Positions 39,374-48,558 of a DNA stretch of 64,000 nt are shown here, one piece after another. Within the stretch, counting starts at the first letter, position 1. Every line of letters starts with the position of its first letter. The notes below the pieces were generated by a model, which saw only the letters and a list, made by a program, of their open reading frames with translations, was not told the origin of the DNA and did not search any database. The stretch lies in the IMG/VR virus record IMGVR_UViG_3300013132_000025, positions 32,001 to 96,000 of that record; one strand, given 5' to 3'. The position numbers were made by a program, and so were the translations under genes. This DNA is from a virus.

Positions 39374-40864
39374 CTACATAAACCTTAGATCTTTGTCAAC
39401 ATCTTGAATAACAATTTGTCTCTTCAGGGCAAGGTTGATCTGCCTGAGTTGTTTAACCTCAATTGCTAGTTTTGCAATATCAGTAGCGGCATTTTCAAAG
39501 AAAATTACATGAGAATTACGCATTGGACGTTCTTTTTCACTATTGATATAAATATATCTACTATCTGTAGAGATATCTACGTTCCAATCCGTAGGAGTTA
39601 CATTTCTCAGACGCTCGCTAATTTCATCTAGATCATTTTCAATCACTTATTACTCCCCGCTCTTATATTTGCTCTATTTATCTTATCACCCAGTCTTACC
39701 TTTTCAATTTCTCTAAGAGTAAGATCTGATTTAAAGGTTTTAAGTTCTTTAATAAAATCAATTGCAATATCTAATTGTCTTTGCAAAGATTTATTTTCTT
39801 CAGTTACTCCTACTAATTTGTCTGTGAAATTTGCCCACATATCTTCCCAATCAATCATTGTATATCTCCATATAAAAAGGGGGCGGATTTCCGCTCCCTT
39901 TTAATCTAACTTACTACAGGAGCGCTTGACAGAACCTTATGCCAAGCAACCTTAATGTCTTCATCCCTCGTTGCCGCATCCTGAACAAGAGCAACAGGAT
40001 TGGAATTTGGGAAATTATCATCCAGACCGAAGCGAGAAACAATCTCAGTTGCTCCAGCGCGAAGGTGGTCGGTATGTGCGGTGCTTACAAGTCCAAAGTG
40101 CATTTTATGCCTTTCGTTAGTTTAAGAATGTATTTGGGTCCAACTCGGGTCCATCATAATTACGAACAAACTCTGCCTCGTCTTCTTCAAGAAAAGTTAC
40201 ATTGAGAGGAATTTCAATTACCTGCAATGTCTCTCCCTTGGTTTTTTCAAAGATGAAAGACATTTGATCGTAAATGTCAAGGGCATCCTCAACATCAAGA
40301 GAAGCATACACAATAGTATGCTCTCTTGCAACTACATAGACGGATAATCCATCATCGTCAATCTCTTCGTCGCCGTAGATAAAGAAATTGTTCTCCTTCA
40401 TACCGTGTACTCGTTTCTGGTTGATATGAAAACTCATAGGTTTCCATTGCTTTTTCGTATTCCTTTTCAAAGGAAACGTTTTTATTTGAATTAGTCCATC
40501 CGTATGCGTACAGATCGTGAAATTCAGACTTCTCACTGTTGTTCATGCCGAATCCTGACTCCAGTTAGTTAATAGCATTTTCGATGACTGATGACCCATC
40601 TTTGCTTATCAGCCAATCAAGGACGCGATTTTTAACTTCTTCGGCGTCCATATCTGAATTTGGGGCATCAAACGACGTAATACCTATTGCATAGGGAATG
40701 CTAGGCTCATATCCAAAACGGACAGAGATGGCGTTGTCTCCATTACGGTTTGTTGCCGTTATGTAAATCAAATTACTTTGACTTACCCTGAGTGCAAGAT
40801 GCACTGAATGTGTAACGCTAACATCAAGTTTTTCTATTCTTAGTTCTCTCATGGAACTTTTCAT
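39374..40864 (-). other. Cluster of small hypothetical ORFs (39374-39646, 39643-39858, 39906-40103, 40117-~40400, 40358-40546, 40565-40864)
   Basis: Closely packed minus-strand ORFs with no motif I recognise. Confidence 0.5.
39875..39902 (-). terminator. Intrinsic terminator, possibly bidirectional
   Basis: AAAAGGGGGCGGA TT TCCGCTCCCTTTT. Confidence 0.7.
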
Positions 40865-40905
40865 ACTCCTAACTTAGCATATCTCAACCAAACTTCAAAA
40901 GATTC

Positions 40906-41091
40906 TTATTCTTTAGAATCTTTCATTCTGGGATGTGGGGTAAGCCACCCAAAAACGACAGCAGTTAATGTGGCAATCGCTCCAGCAACTGTATCGGGAA
41001 CAACAATTCCACACAGACTTAAAACCCAAACCACAATGACTCCGACCGCACCACCAATAGCCGCAGTCCCTACTGTTGTATCTGGACTCAT
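40906..41091 (-). CDS. Holin-like two-TM protein
   Basis: 61 aa, two hydrophobic helices separated by VPDTVA, charged C-terminus. Confidence 0.5.
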   Translation of the reverse strand: MSPDTTVGTAAIGGAVGVIVVWVLSLCGIVVPDTVAGAIATLTAVVFGWLTPHPRMKDSKE

Positions 41092-41124
41092 GATATCTCC
41101 TTTTCAACTATTATGCTTCGGAGA

Positions 41125-41370
41125 TTATGAATCCTTTATAACATCATAGAGTTTTGTTGTCGTCCATCGAATATATGGCCACGCCAAAAATACAACAAAA
41201 CTGAGGCTCCAGATGGCCATCCACACAGCAATGCATATATTGGCTGCGGTCCCGCCGATGAAAAGAATAACTGGAAGCAAAATAACCAGAACAATTGCGC
41301 CAACAATAAAAAACCAAACAAAGATTTGCCCCATAACTTCTTCCAGATAAACTTTATTATTTTTAGTCAC
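41125..41370 (-). CDS. Small membrane protein
   Basis: Two long hydrophobic stretches. Confidence 0.5.
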   Translation of the reverse strand: MTKNNKVYLEEVMGQIFVWFFIVGAIVLVILLPVILFIGGTAANICIAVWMAIWSLSFVVFLAWPYIRWTTTKLYDVIKDS

Positions 41371-41478
41371 TTTATTAATCCTATATTAATAGATATCTAT
41401 ATGACTTAAAGGCCTAATTATAACTTTATATAGGTACTACTCATTAATCAAGTTAGATATAAAAGTAAAACCAAAACA

Positions 41479-41502
41479 AAAAGGGGGCCTGCTGGCCCCC
41501 TT
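41479..41502 (-). terminator. Intrinsic terminator
   Basis: AAGGGGGCC TGCT GGCCCCCTT followed by TTTGTTTT on the minus strand. Confidence 0.75.
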
Positions 41503-41507
41503 AATGA

Positions 41508-42383
41508 TTAACATTGAGAGTAAGCACAATCGTAGTCTTTCTCTCTCCGAGAAAAGAACCGATATGATGAATTTGGTTCAGTCTTTACATCTTGATTCTC
41601 AGTAAAGAATCTTTTGATGAGACTTCTGACTTCTTCTGAGGCAAAAGTCTGACTATTAAAATCCAATCCCCTGAGCGCGGAATAAAGATCCAATAGATCA
41701 TCTCGGCTCATATTGATGCTTACAGTCTTATCCTTCTCACTTAGGACAAGGATATCGCCCTGTTCCTTCTTCATTTAGTTCTCCTGACTTAGATTCCAGC
41801 CTTTATTATAACAAGTATGATATGCCTCCCAGTACCCGATGGCAACATCGCGTGGGCCTACGCCCTCAATGCGATCTAGGGCATCAAGAAACATATAGGA
41901 GCGAACGACAAGGGCAAGATCAACCTCCCTCGGCGCAGTTCGCAAAAAAATACTTTTTCCCGCTATTTCTTTATTTTGGCTCATCAGCCTGTACGACGTA
42001 GATTAAAGATCTTGATATCCTGAACATATGCAACATTATTCAGATCAATAGACCCCTCTGCAATCTTCGTAACAAGATCCTGCTTTGCTGCCTCAATAGC
42101 CTCTGGGTCTCCCTGACCCTCGGCCTCTACATTGAGAGTAAGCACAATCTCTGCCTGAGCAGAATATGTGGCCATTTAAATCCTTTCTATTTATAATCCA
42201 TAAACATTCCTACAAGGATAAGGAAGAACCCTATCCCCAGAATGCATACCAATAAGAATCCCAATGCATCATGGATTGCCTGCATCAGTCATCATCCTGC
42301 CTTTTCTTAACTTCCCAGATCATGAGAAGTATCAGTATGAGTGGCACTCCCAGCCATACGATATATTGACCAAAGAAATACAT
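41508..42383 (-). other. Operon of small ORFs including two 32-aa single-TM peptides (42285-42383, 42187-42285)
   Basis: ORFs 41508-41774, 41775-41984, 41984-42175 plus hand-translated MYFFGQYIVWLGVPLILILLMIWEVKKRQDDD and MQAIHDALGFLLVCILGIGFFLILVGMFMDYK; TTGAAA-N17-TAGAGT promoter just upstream. Confidence 0.5.
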
Positions 42384-42713
42384 ACAACTACTCTACCAGA
42401 AATGCTCGCAGATTTCAAAGGGCTGGGACTCCTTTGCCAATTCATACTTTGCGTTTTAGGGATAGGGGGGGTACCCTCATGAGCGGCAAGCGCTCCCAGC
42501 CCAAGCATCTATCGCACGCATCCTTCATGCATAATCCAACTTGGGAAAATTGCTTACAGATTTGAGAGGAGGGGGACTCCCTTTGCAGATATGGGTACCC
42601 TTATATCGTAAGTGATATGGGGGGAGGGGGTGCTACCCTGTGTTTATACAGGAGGGCTTTGTAGTCACACTTGTATGTCACAAGTATGTAAGTTACATGG
42701 GGCCATGCTTCCC

Positions 42714-43124
42714 TTACTTATCCCATGCGGGGGATACCAGATACATAACCAGCATGGTCACAATGCCAATCCATCCCAAGGCCCCGAGGAAGGCTGAGAT
42801 GATGAGGCCCCCCATCATAGCCAGCAGGATAGCGGCCCCTATCAACCCTGCGGAATAAAGCCCTAGGGTATTGGCCTTTCTCCTCACGGGGTTCTGCCTC
42901 TCCTTGTCCTTCTTGGCCTTCTCCCATGAGGAATCCCATGAACCTTTACCCCACCTAGAAACCTGTACGGGCACGCTGTTTACATGGGGAGACACGATAG
43001 GCCCACTATTCACCACTTCTCCCCCATCCTCCCCACTTGCATCGGATGTGTTATCTATCCCATAACCAAGGGCTATACGACTCCCATCCATGTGGCTATA
43101 GTCTGGTGATGTGTGTGACGCCAT
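42714..43124 (-). CDS. Membrane protein with two C-terminal TM helices
   Basis: Start placed at MASHTS (GAAGGA upstream); hydrophobic C-terminus. Confidence 0.45.
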   Translation of the reverse strand: MASHTSPDYSHMDGSRIALGYGIDNTSDASGEDGGEVVNSGPIVSPHVNSVPVQVSRWGKGSWDSSWEKAKKDKERQNPVRRKANTLGLYSAGLIGAAILLAMMGGLIISAFLGALGWIGIVTMLVMYLVSPAWDK

Positions 43125-43308
43125 TGTTACGTTACATCCTTCTGTAGTTGTATGTATGTGACATAAGTTATAGGGCCGCCGAATGGGGTTCCCATGCCGA
43201 GGCATAGCCGCCCCCTCTGCTGCGTTCTCCCCCATACTATCATATGTGTCAAGGCCTCGCCGTGTGCGTTTGTACCGCCTGTCCTTCTATGGGCCATGAG
43301 CGTTGGAT

Positions 43309-43585
43309 GAATCCATGAGAGGCTCTGTACGGGCCTCGGATGGGCCGACCCATGCTAGGACATAGGCAAGGGGGTCGAAGGCCCGTGTAGGCCCTCCTGT
43401 GGCTTCCTGTGCATGGTGTGGTGGATGCCGCTCCCTGTATCCGAGGAGGAAGGTGCATCTCTATCGGTCATGGCCGTTGGATGAATCGCTGAGAGGCTTT
43501 CTACGGGCCGCGCCTCGGGGTGCCCATGCTAGGACATACCCCTGCCCCTCGGAGGCCGTCCTGTGCCCTCCTGTGGCCTCTCAGC
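43309..43585 (+). repeat. Two tandem copies of a ~100-nt imperfect hairpin element
   Basis: Shared GAATC..TGAGAGGCT...TACGGGCC...CCCATGCTAGGACATA...GCCCTCCTGTGGC; arms pair on the + strand with G-T wobbles. Confidence 0.7.
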
Positions 43586-43703
43586 CCCGGTCCCCTGTAT
43601 CCCGGTCCCCGGTCCTGCTCCCTGTCCGGGTGGATGCTCCCCGGAACGACGAAGGGCCACCCGAAGGTGGCCCCTGTCTCCCTGCCCGTTTGTACCCGGT
43701 GTG

Positions 43704-43901
43704 CTAGGCGGCTCGCTGGCGGGCCAGCGCGTCCTCGGCCTCAGCGCGAGTCGCGTAAACCGCTGCCCACGGCTCGCCCTTCATCTGCACGCTGACGAAG
43801 TAGGCGCTCTCGCCCAACAGCGCGTCACCGAGGTCGGTGTAAACGCACTCCATGGCGTGAGCCGGTGCGTGCTTGGCGATGAACTCGTCGGTGATACTCA
43901 T
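43704..43901 (-). CDS. Hypothetical protein
   Basis: MSITDEF..., AAGGAG RBS, TTGACA-N17-TATAAA promoter upstream. Confidence 0.6.
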   Translation of the reverse strand: MSITDEFIAKHAPAHAMECVYTDLGDALLGESAYFVSVQMKGEPWAAVYATRAEAEDALARQRAA

Positions 43902-44031
43902 GGTGATTCTGCTCCTTGGTCGGTTTCGTCTTGCCCCCCTGTTTATACACCCTGCCCCGGATGGTGTCAAGCGCCAACGAAAGAGGGGGCCTCGCGGCCC
44001 CCTCCCTGTCCAGCCCGACCACGACAGCGGG

Positions 44032-45063
44032 CTAGAACACCGTCACCTCCTCCACCTCCTCCTCGGAGAGCAGGCCAGCCTCCACGATGAAGGGCGAGAC
44101 CCCGGTAGCGTCCTTCCCGTAGATGGAGGTGCTGCTGACGAACAGGGCGTCCTCGGCGCGGGTCATGGCGACGTAGGCCATCCGGCGCTCCTCCTCCACC
44201 TCCTGCGGGGTCTTGGAGAGCCGGTGGGGCATGATGCCATCGCTCATGCCAGCGACGAACACCACGGGCCATTCCAGGCCCTTGGAGCGGTGGATGCTCA
44301 GGACGGTCACGGCGTCCTTCTCGTTCTCGTCCCGGAGGTCAGAGGCCTTGGCCGTGATGTTCTCCTGCTCCATCACCCACGCGATGAAGGCCGCGAGGTC
44401 CGTGCCGAAGTCGGCCCCGGAAAGGGCTACGTCCTCCACGATGGCGATGTTGCCGTCGCCGTTGGTCTCGGGCGTATCGTTGTCCTCCTCGGCTTGGTCA
44501 CGCAGCCACGCGGCCACCCCGGAGTCCTCGGTGATGCCGCGCACAATGTCCACCACCGGGGTCGTGCCGACCTGCTCGCGCCACCTGCGAATGAGGGCGA
44601 TGAACTCGTCCATGTTGGCCTTCTGCTTGCGGCTGATACGGGCCGAAGGCAGGCCGTGGAACGGGTCGCTCGGGGAGGCAGCGGCAGCCTGCCCAGCGAC
44701 AGCCTTGCCGAGAAAGCGCGAGGGGGTGGCGAGGGCCGTGGTGAGGTCGTCGGCGGTGGCCGAACCCACCAGCACCTTCAGGTATGAGGTGATGGCCTGA
44801 GTCTGGTACCGCGCCCAAAACGACGGGGCACCGATGATGCGGAAGGTGAAGCCAGCGCGGATAAACGCGCCCTCCAGCGGGCGGGTCTGACGGTTGGTAC
44901 GGACCAGCACGGCGATGCTGGCACCGGGCACCCCGGCGTCCCGGAGAGCCTTCACCTGCGATGCGATGGCGTCGGCCTCCTCGCCCTCGTCGCCGTAGTG
45001 CGCGTAGTTTACGGGCGAGAGCGCGGTCTCCGGGCTGATGGCGATGGTCTCGGTGTTCTCCAT
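44032..45063 (-). CDS. UvrD/PcrA superfamily 1 helicase, C-terminal half
   Basis: Motifs IVa (IAVLVRTN), V (VTVLSIHRSKGLEW), VI (EEERRMAYVAMTRA); own RBS AAGGAG before ATG 45063. Confidence 0.9.
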   Translation of the reverse strand: MENTETIAISPETALSPVNYAHYGDEGEEADAIASQVKALRDAGVPGASIAVLVRTNRQTRPLEGAFIRAGFTFRIIGAPSFWARYQTQAITSYLKVLVGSATADDLTTALATPSRFLGKAVAGQAAAASPSDPFHGLPSARISRKQKANMDEFIALIRRWREQVGTTPVVDIVRGITEDSGVAAWLRDQAEEDNDTPETNGDGNIAIVEDVALSGADFGTDLAAFIAWVMEQENITAKASDLRDENEKDAVTVLSIHRSKGLEWPVVFVAGMSDGIMPHRLSKTPQEVEEERRMAYVAMTRAEDALFVSSTSIYGKDATGVSPFIVEAGLLSEEEVEEVTVF

Positions 45064-45141
45064 GGTGATGCTCCTTCTCGTTGTGTGGGGAGATGGTATC
45101 AGAGATAGGGCCGGGGGCACAAGCCCCCGGCCCCTCCCCGT

Positions 45142-46203
45142 TTATCCGGCGATGAGGTGGGCCACCGGGAAGGCCTCGTCCTCGTCCTTGTTGGCCGTGA
45201 CAGCCTTGCCCAGCCGCTCCTCGTTGTGAGCGATGAGGCGGGCCGCAGCGTCCACGATGGGGCGGCGAGAGCGGTAGTTGGTGCCGAGGTTCACCACCGT
45301 CACCTTCTCGCCCGTGGCCTGAGCGATGAACTCGGCAGGCATCGCACCCCGGAATGAGTAGATGCTCTGGTCGTCGTCCCCGACGTAGGTGATGTTGGCG
45401 GTCTGCTCGGAGAGCAGGTTCATCAGGCCGAACTGGACCGGGTTGCAGTCCTGCGCCTCGTCCACCAGCACCCACTCCACGTTCCCGATAACGGCCTCGC
45501 GCACCTCGGGCTTACGGGCAGCGGCCAGCCCCTTGATTCCCATGCATGAGAAGGTGACGCTAATCTTGCCCGCCCTGCGGCGCTCCCAGCCCTTGCGGCC
45601 CCGGTACCAGCCCTCGGCCAGCAGGGTCTCCATCACCTCGTACACGCGGCCCACGATGGCACCGTCCGTGTCGAACTCGTCCAGCGTGGCGTAGAACTGC
45701 GACGGGGTGAGGTTGCAGTCCATGGCGCGAGACACGGCCTTGGCAATCTTGCCAGCCTTGCGCGGCATCTCCTTGTCCCCGAACTCGCCAGCGAGGTCGC
45801 GCCCGAAAGGGCAGTAGGTGGAGGCAGGCTCGATGATGCCCTTCACCATGCCCGTCACCTGTCCCGGCGTGAGCATGGAGCCACCCTTGGGGCGGGCGTC
45901 AATCCGGCGACCCTTCTCGGCCCGGTAGAACTTGTAGCCCAGCGAGTGCAGGGTGCCGATGTGGGCCAGCCCGTTTACAGCGTCCTCGCCCACCAGCCCG
46001 ATGAGCCGCTGCTTCATCTCGGCAGCGGCAGCGGTGGTGAAGGTAGCCACGACGATGCTCTGCGGGGCGACACCATCGGTGATGAGGCGGGCGACTCGGT
46101 GAACCAGCACGCGGGTCTTGCCCGACCCCGCACCCGCGTTGATTACAAGCGGCCCCTCGCCGTGTGCGATGGCCTGCTGCTGCTCGGGACTCATGGTAGC
46201 CAT
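45142..46203 (-). CDS. UvrD/PcrA superfamily 1 helicase, N-terminal half
   Basis: Q motif (SPEQQQAI), Walker A (AGAGSGKT), Ia (TFTTAAA), II (VDEAQD), III (VGDDDQSIYSFRGA), IV (TNYRS); RBS GAGGAG before ATG 46203. Confidence 0.9.
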   Translation of the reverse strand: MATMSPEQQQAIAHGEGPLVINAGAGSGKTRVLVHRVARLITDGVAPQSIVVATFTTAAAAEMKQRLIGLVGEDAVNGLAHIGTLHSLGYKFYRAEKGRRIDARPKGGSMLTPGQVTGMVKGIIEPASTYCPFGRDLAGEFGDKEMPRKAGKIAKAVSRAMDCNLTPSQFYATLDEFDTDGAIVGRVYEVMETLLAEGWYRGRKGWERRRAGKISVTFSCMGIKGLAAARKPEVREAVIGNVEWVLVDEAQDCNPVQFGLMNLLSEQTANITYVGDDDQSIYSFRGAMPAEFIAQATGEKVTVVNLGTNYRSRRPIVDAAARLIAHNEERLGKAVTANKDEDEAFPVAHLIAG

Positions 46204-46540
46204 GTGATGCTCCTCCTCGTTCGGCGGGGTCCGTTCCCCGTGTGCAGGCATCGTAGCACGACTGCCCCCGGATGCACAAGGCCTCGTTTGTACGGGGACC
46301 GCGCACCCGCACCTGCGGGCGGCTATCACACCTTGTCCCCGGATGCAAGTGCCCTCCTCGGGCGATTGTCACAAAGTCCTGTTCACAGTTGTAAAGTGCC
46401 TGCTCCGAGCAGGGCTTTCTCTGAGAGGGCTTGTCCGGGCCTCGGAGGGTGTCCCGAGGGCTACCACACCTAGGATTCAGAAAAGCCCATAGCCAAGCCA
46501 TTCTTATGCTGTAAGAGACCCCCCTAGAATCTCCTTAGAG

Positions 46541-46842
46541 CGATTGTGCTGAGACTTTGTGCGAGATTGGCACAAGCGGTGACGGGGTGCTTGTGCGGAT
46601 TCGGCACAATCTCAGTTGCTTGCAGTCGCAAGTGCTTGATTGCACTCGCAACGACTTTGTAGCACTTTGTTACGAGAATCCCTGAAAAGTCTGAGGCTTT
46701 GTCGGGAATAAAACCCGGAGACCTCATTGGGATTCTTGTGCTGATTTCGCACAATCTCGTTGCAGTTGCAAGCACCTTGTCCAGATTTGCACAAGCCTCG
46801 CTCATGTAGGTATCCGCACAATGTTATTGCACCAGCAAGCAT
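46541..46842. repeat. Non-coding array of short palindromes
   Basis: TTGTGC-N7-GCACAA at 46557, 46591, 46736, a variant at 46777, and four TTGCA-N3-GCAA units. Confidence 0.7.
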
Positions 46843-46924
46843 CGGCCCACCTCGTTTATACCGGGTGGTGGCCCTTACACGATTGAGAACCAGAAGTCAA
46901 GGGCTACGGTCCTCAGATTCGACG

Positions 46925-47012
46925 CTCTGAGAGGCGATATACGGGCCTCGGAGATGCCACCCCATGCTAGACCCTTCCCGAAGCATCCGAGGCCGTTCTA
47001 GGCCCCTTAGAA
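46925..47012 (+). repeat. Third copy of the imperfect hairpin element
   Basis: CTCTGAGAGGCGATATACGGGCCTCGGA...CCCATGCTAG...TCCGAGGCCGTTCTAGGCCCCTTAGAA. Confidence 0.7.
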
Positions 47013-47110
47013 TCGCTCCCAGCCCCTATCCCGGTCCACGGCCCCACCCCACCATGCAGAAAGGGGGCCTCTCGGCCCCCTCCCCGTTTACACCACCTGT
47101 CGCCCTCGGC

Positions 47111-47668
47111 CTAGTAGTCGTCCAGCACCTCCGAAAGAGCGGCGTGCAGGGCCTCCACCTCATCCCCGGTGAGGGCCACAGTCACCTGTGGGCCGTCCAG
47201 CGTGGGGTAGGCATGGAGCGTGATGCGAGCGTCCCCGTCACCGAGGTTCTCGGTGAACACCACGGGGCCGTGGTTGGATTCGATGCGAGCCATCGTTTAC
47301 ACCGCCTTCCGCTCGTCAGCCTCGCGGGCAGCGGCGAGAAGCGCCTCGGCAATCTCGCGTGCCTGCGCGGCGGTGAACTTGGCGTGAACATAGCCCTTCT
47401 CCATGGTGATGTTCCGCCCGTCCGGGTCATGCTCGGAGCCAGAGCGCCCCAGACCGAGGTCGGCCTTGGTGCCCAGCACCATGACCACGACCTCCCCGTA
47501 CCTGTCTCCAAAGAGGGTGTCGGTCTGCCGGTGAGTCGTGAATGAGTCGTTCCGCTCACGGATGAGAGTGTCGTCACCAATGCCGTAGGTGTATGGCCCG
47601 GTCCCGACACCCTCCACGTTGTACGTCGCGTACTCGTCGGTGTCGTAAGTGTCAATACGGATGCTCAA
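47111..47668 (-). other. Two small hypothetical ORFs (47297-47668 with TTG start; 47111-47293)
   Basis: AAGGAGA RBS before TTG 47668; both end in a similar beta-then-helix pattern (FTAAQAREIAEAL / LTGDEVEALHAAL). Confidence 0.55.
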
Positions 47669-47793
47669 AGGATTCTCCTTGTTTGAGGTTGAGCCGAGTG
47701 TAGCACGCCTGTCAAACGGATGCCCTGCCTCGTTTATACGGACAGGGGAGGTGAGGGGGAGGGGATGGACGGTCCCCTCCCCCTCGGGGAGAC

Positions 47794-48558
47794 CTACGCG
47801 CCGTGCGGGGCGGTGGTCTTGGGCCTGCGGGTCTTGCGGGCGACGACCTGCATACGCTGGTGGCAGCAGGGGCAGTACGGCGTGCCAACGGCTTCCAGCC
47901 ACTTGGCCGTCATGTTCACGTTGTAAACGTCCTTGCCCTCACCGCTGGGGTCGCAGCCACGGGTGCCGTCCTCCTGCTCGGTCTGACAGGCGACCTTGAC
48001 CAGCCGGGTGGTCTGAGGCTTGTGGTTCACGTTCATGCCCTTGTGCGGGTACTCGCCCAGCGACTCGCGCAGGCGGGCAGTCAGTTCCACGAAGCGGTCC
48101 CCGGCGTAGGTGGCGGTGGGCTTACCGGCGAGGCCGATGGCGCGAATCATCTCCACGAACGGACCCTTGTGGCCGTTCTTGTTGCCGTCAATCGCGTGGA
48201 CAATCTCGTGCGCGAGAACGTCCAGCACACCCGGCTCACGCTCGTCGAATCCGAGGTTGTTCTTGCGGCCCGTCTTGGGGCCGATGGTGTGGGCCAGCGC
48301 GGGCGACACGGTGATGTGGCGCACGTTGCCCTCCGGGGAGTTGGTCTCCGGGTAAGCCATGCCGACGACCGAACCCTTGCCGGTACGCTCGCCCAGCCAC
48401 GCCCGCTTGTGCGAGAAGGACAGGTGAGCGGCGACGGTGTAGCCCTCGGGCATGGTGTAGCCAGCCTCGGCGAGAATGTCCAGCAGGCCGGTCGTCGCGG
48501 CGAGAATGTAGGACTCAGGCGTGTCGTGAACCTGAGCGTGAAGCGGTGAGTAACCCAT
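47794..48558 (-). CDS. SprT-like zinc metalloprotease
   Basis: VLAHEIVH..GHKGPF zincin motif plus C-terminal Cys cluster (VAC..C..CPCC); RBS AAGGAGA and promoter upstream. Confidence 0.8.
   Translation of the reverse strand: MGYSPLHAQVHDTPESYILAATTGLLDILAEAGYTMPEGYTVAAHLSFSHKRAWLGERTGKGSVVGMAYPETNSPEGNVRHITVSPALAHTIGPKTGRKNNLGFDEREPGVLDVLAHEIVHAIDGNKNGHKGPFVEMIRAIGLAGKPTATYAGDRFVELTARLRESLGEYPHKGMNVNHKPQTTRLVKVACQTEQEDGTRGCDPSGEGKDVYNVNMTAKWLEAVGTPYCPCCHQRMQVVARKTRRPKTTAPHGA

Noticed and set aside
45063-45142. Intron, intein or sequencing frameshift explaining the UvrD split
   Set aside because: Gap is only 78 bp with promoter, hairpin and RBS; no intein terminal residues or intron core visible.
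43873-45475. Long ORFs 43873-44787 (+), 44213-44800 (+) and 44498-45475 (-)
   Set aside because: Shadow frames of the GC-rich UvrD genes; no motifs or RBS.
46541-46842. Possible CRISPR array
   Set aside because: Repeats are short, degenerate and irregularly spaced, with no constant repeat-spacer period and no cas genes in the window.
47803-48549. 248-aa plus-strand ORF
   Set aside because: Antisense shadow of the SprT-like gene.
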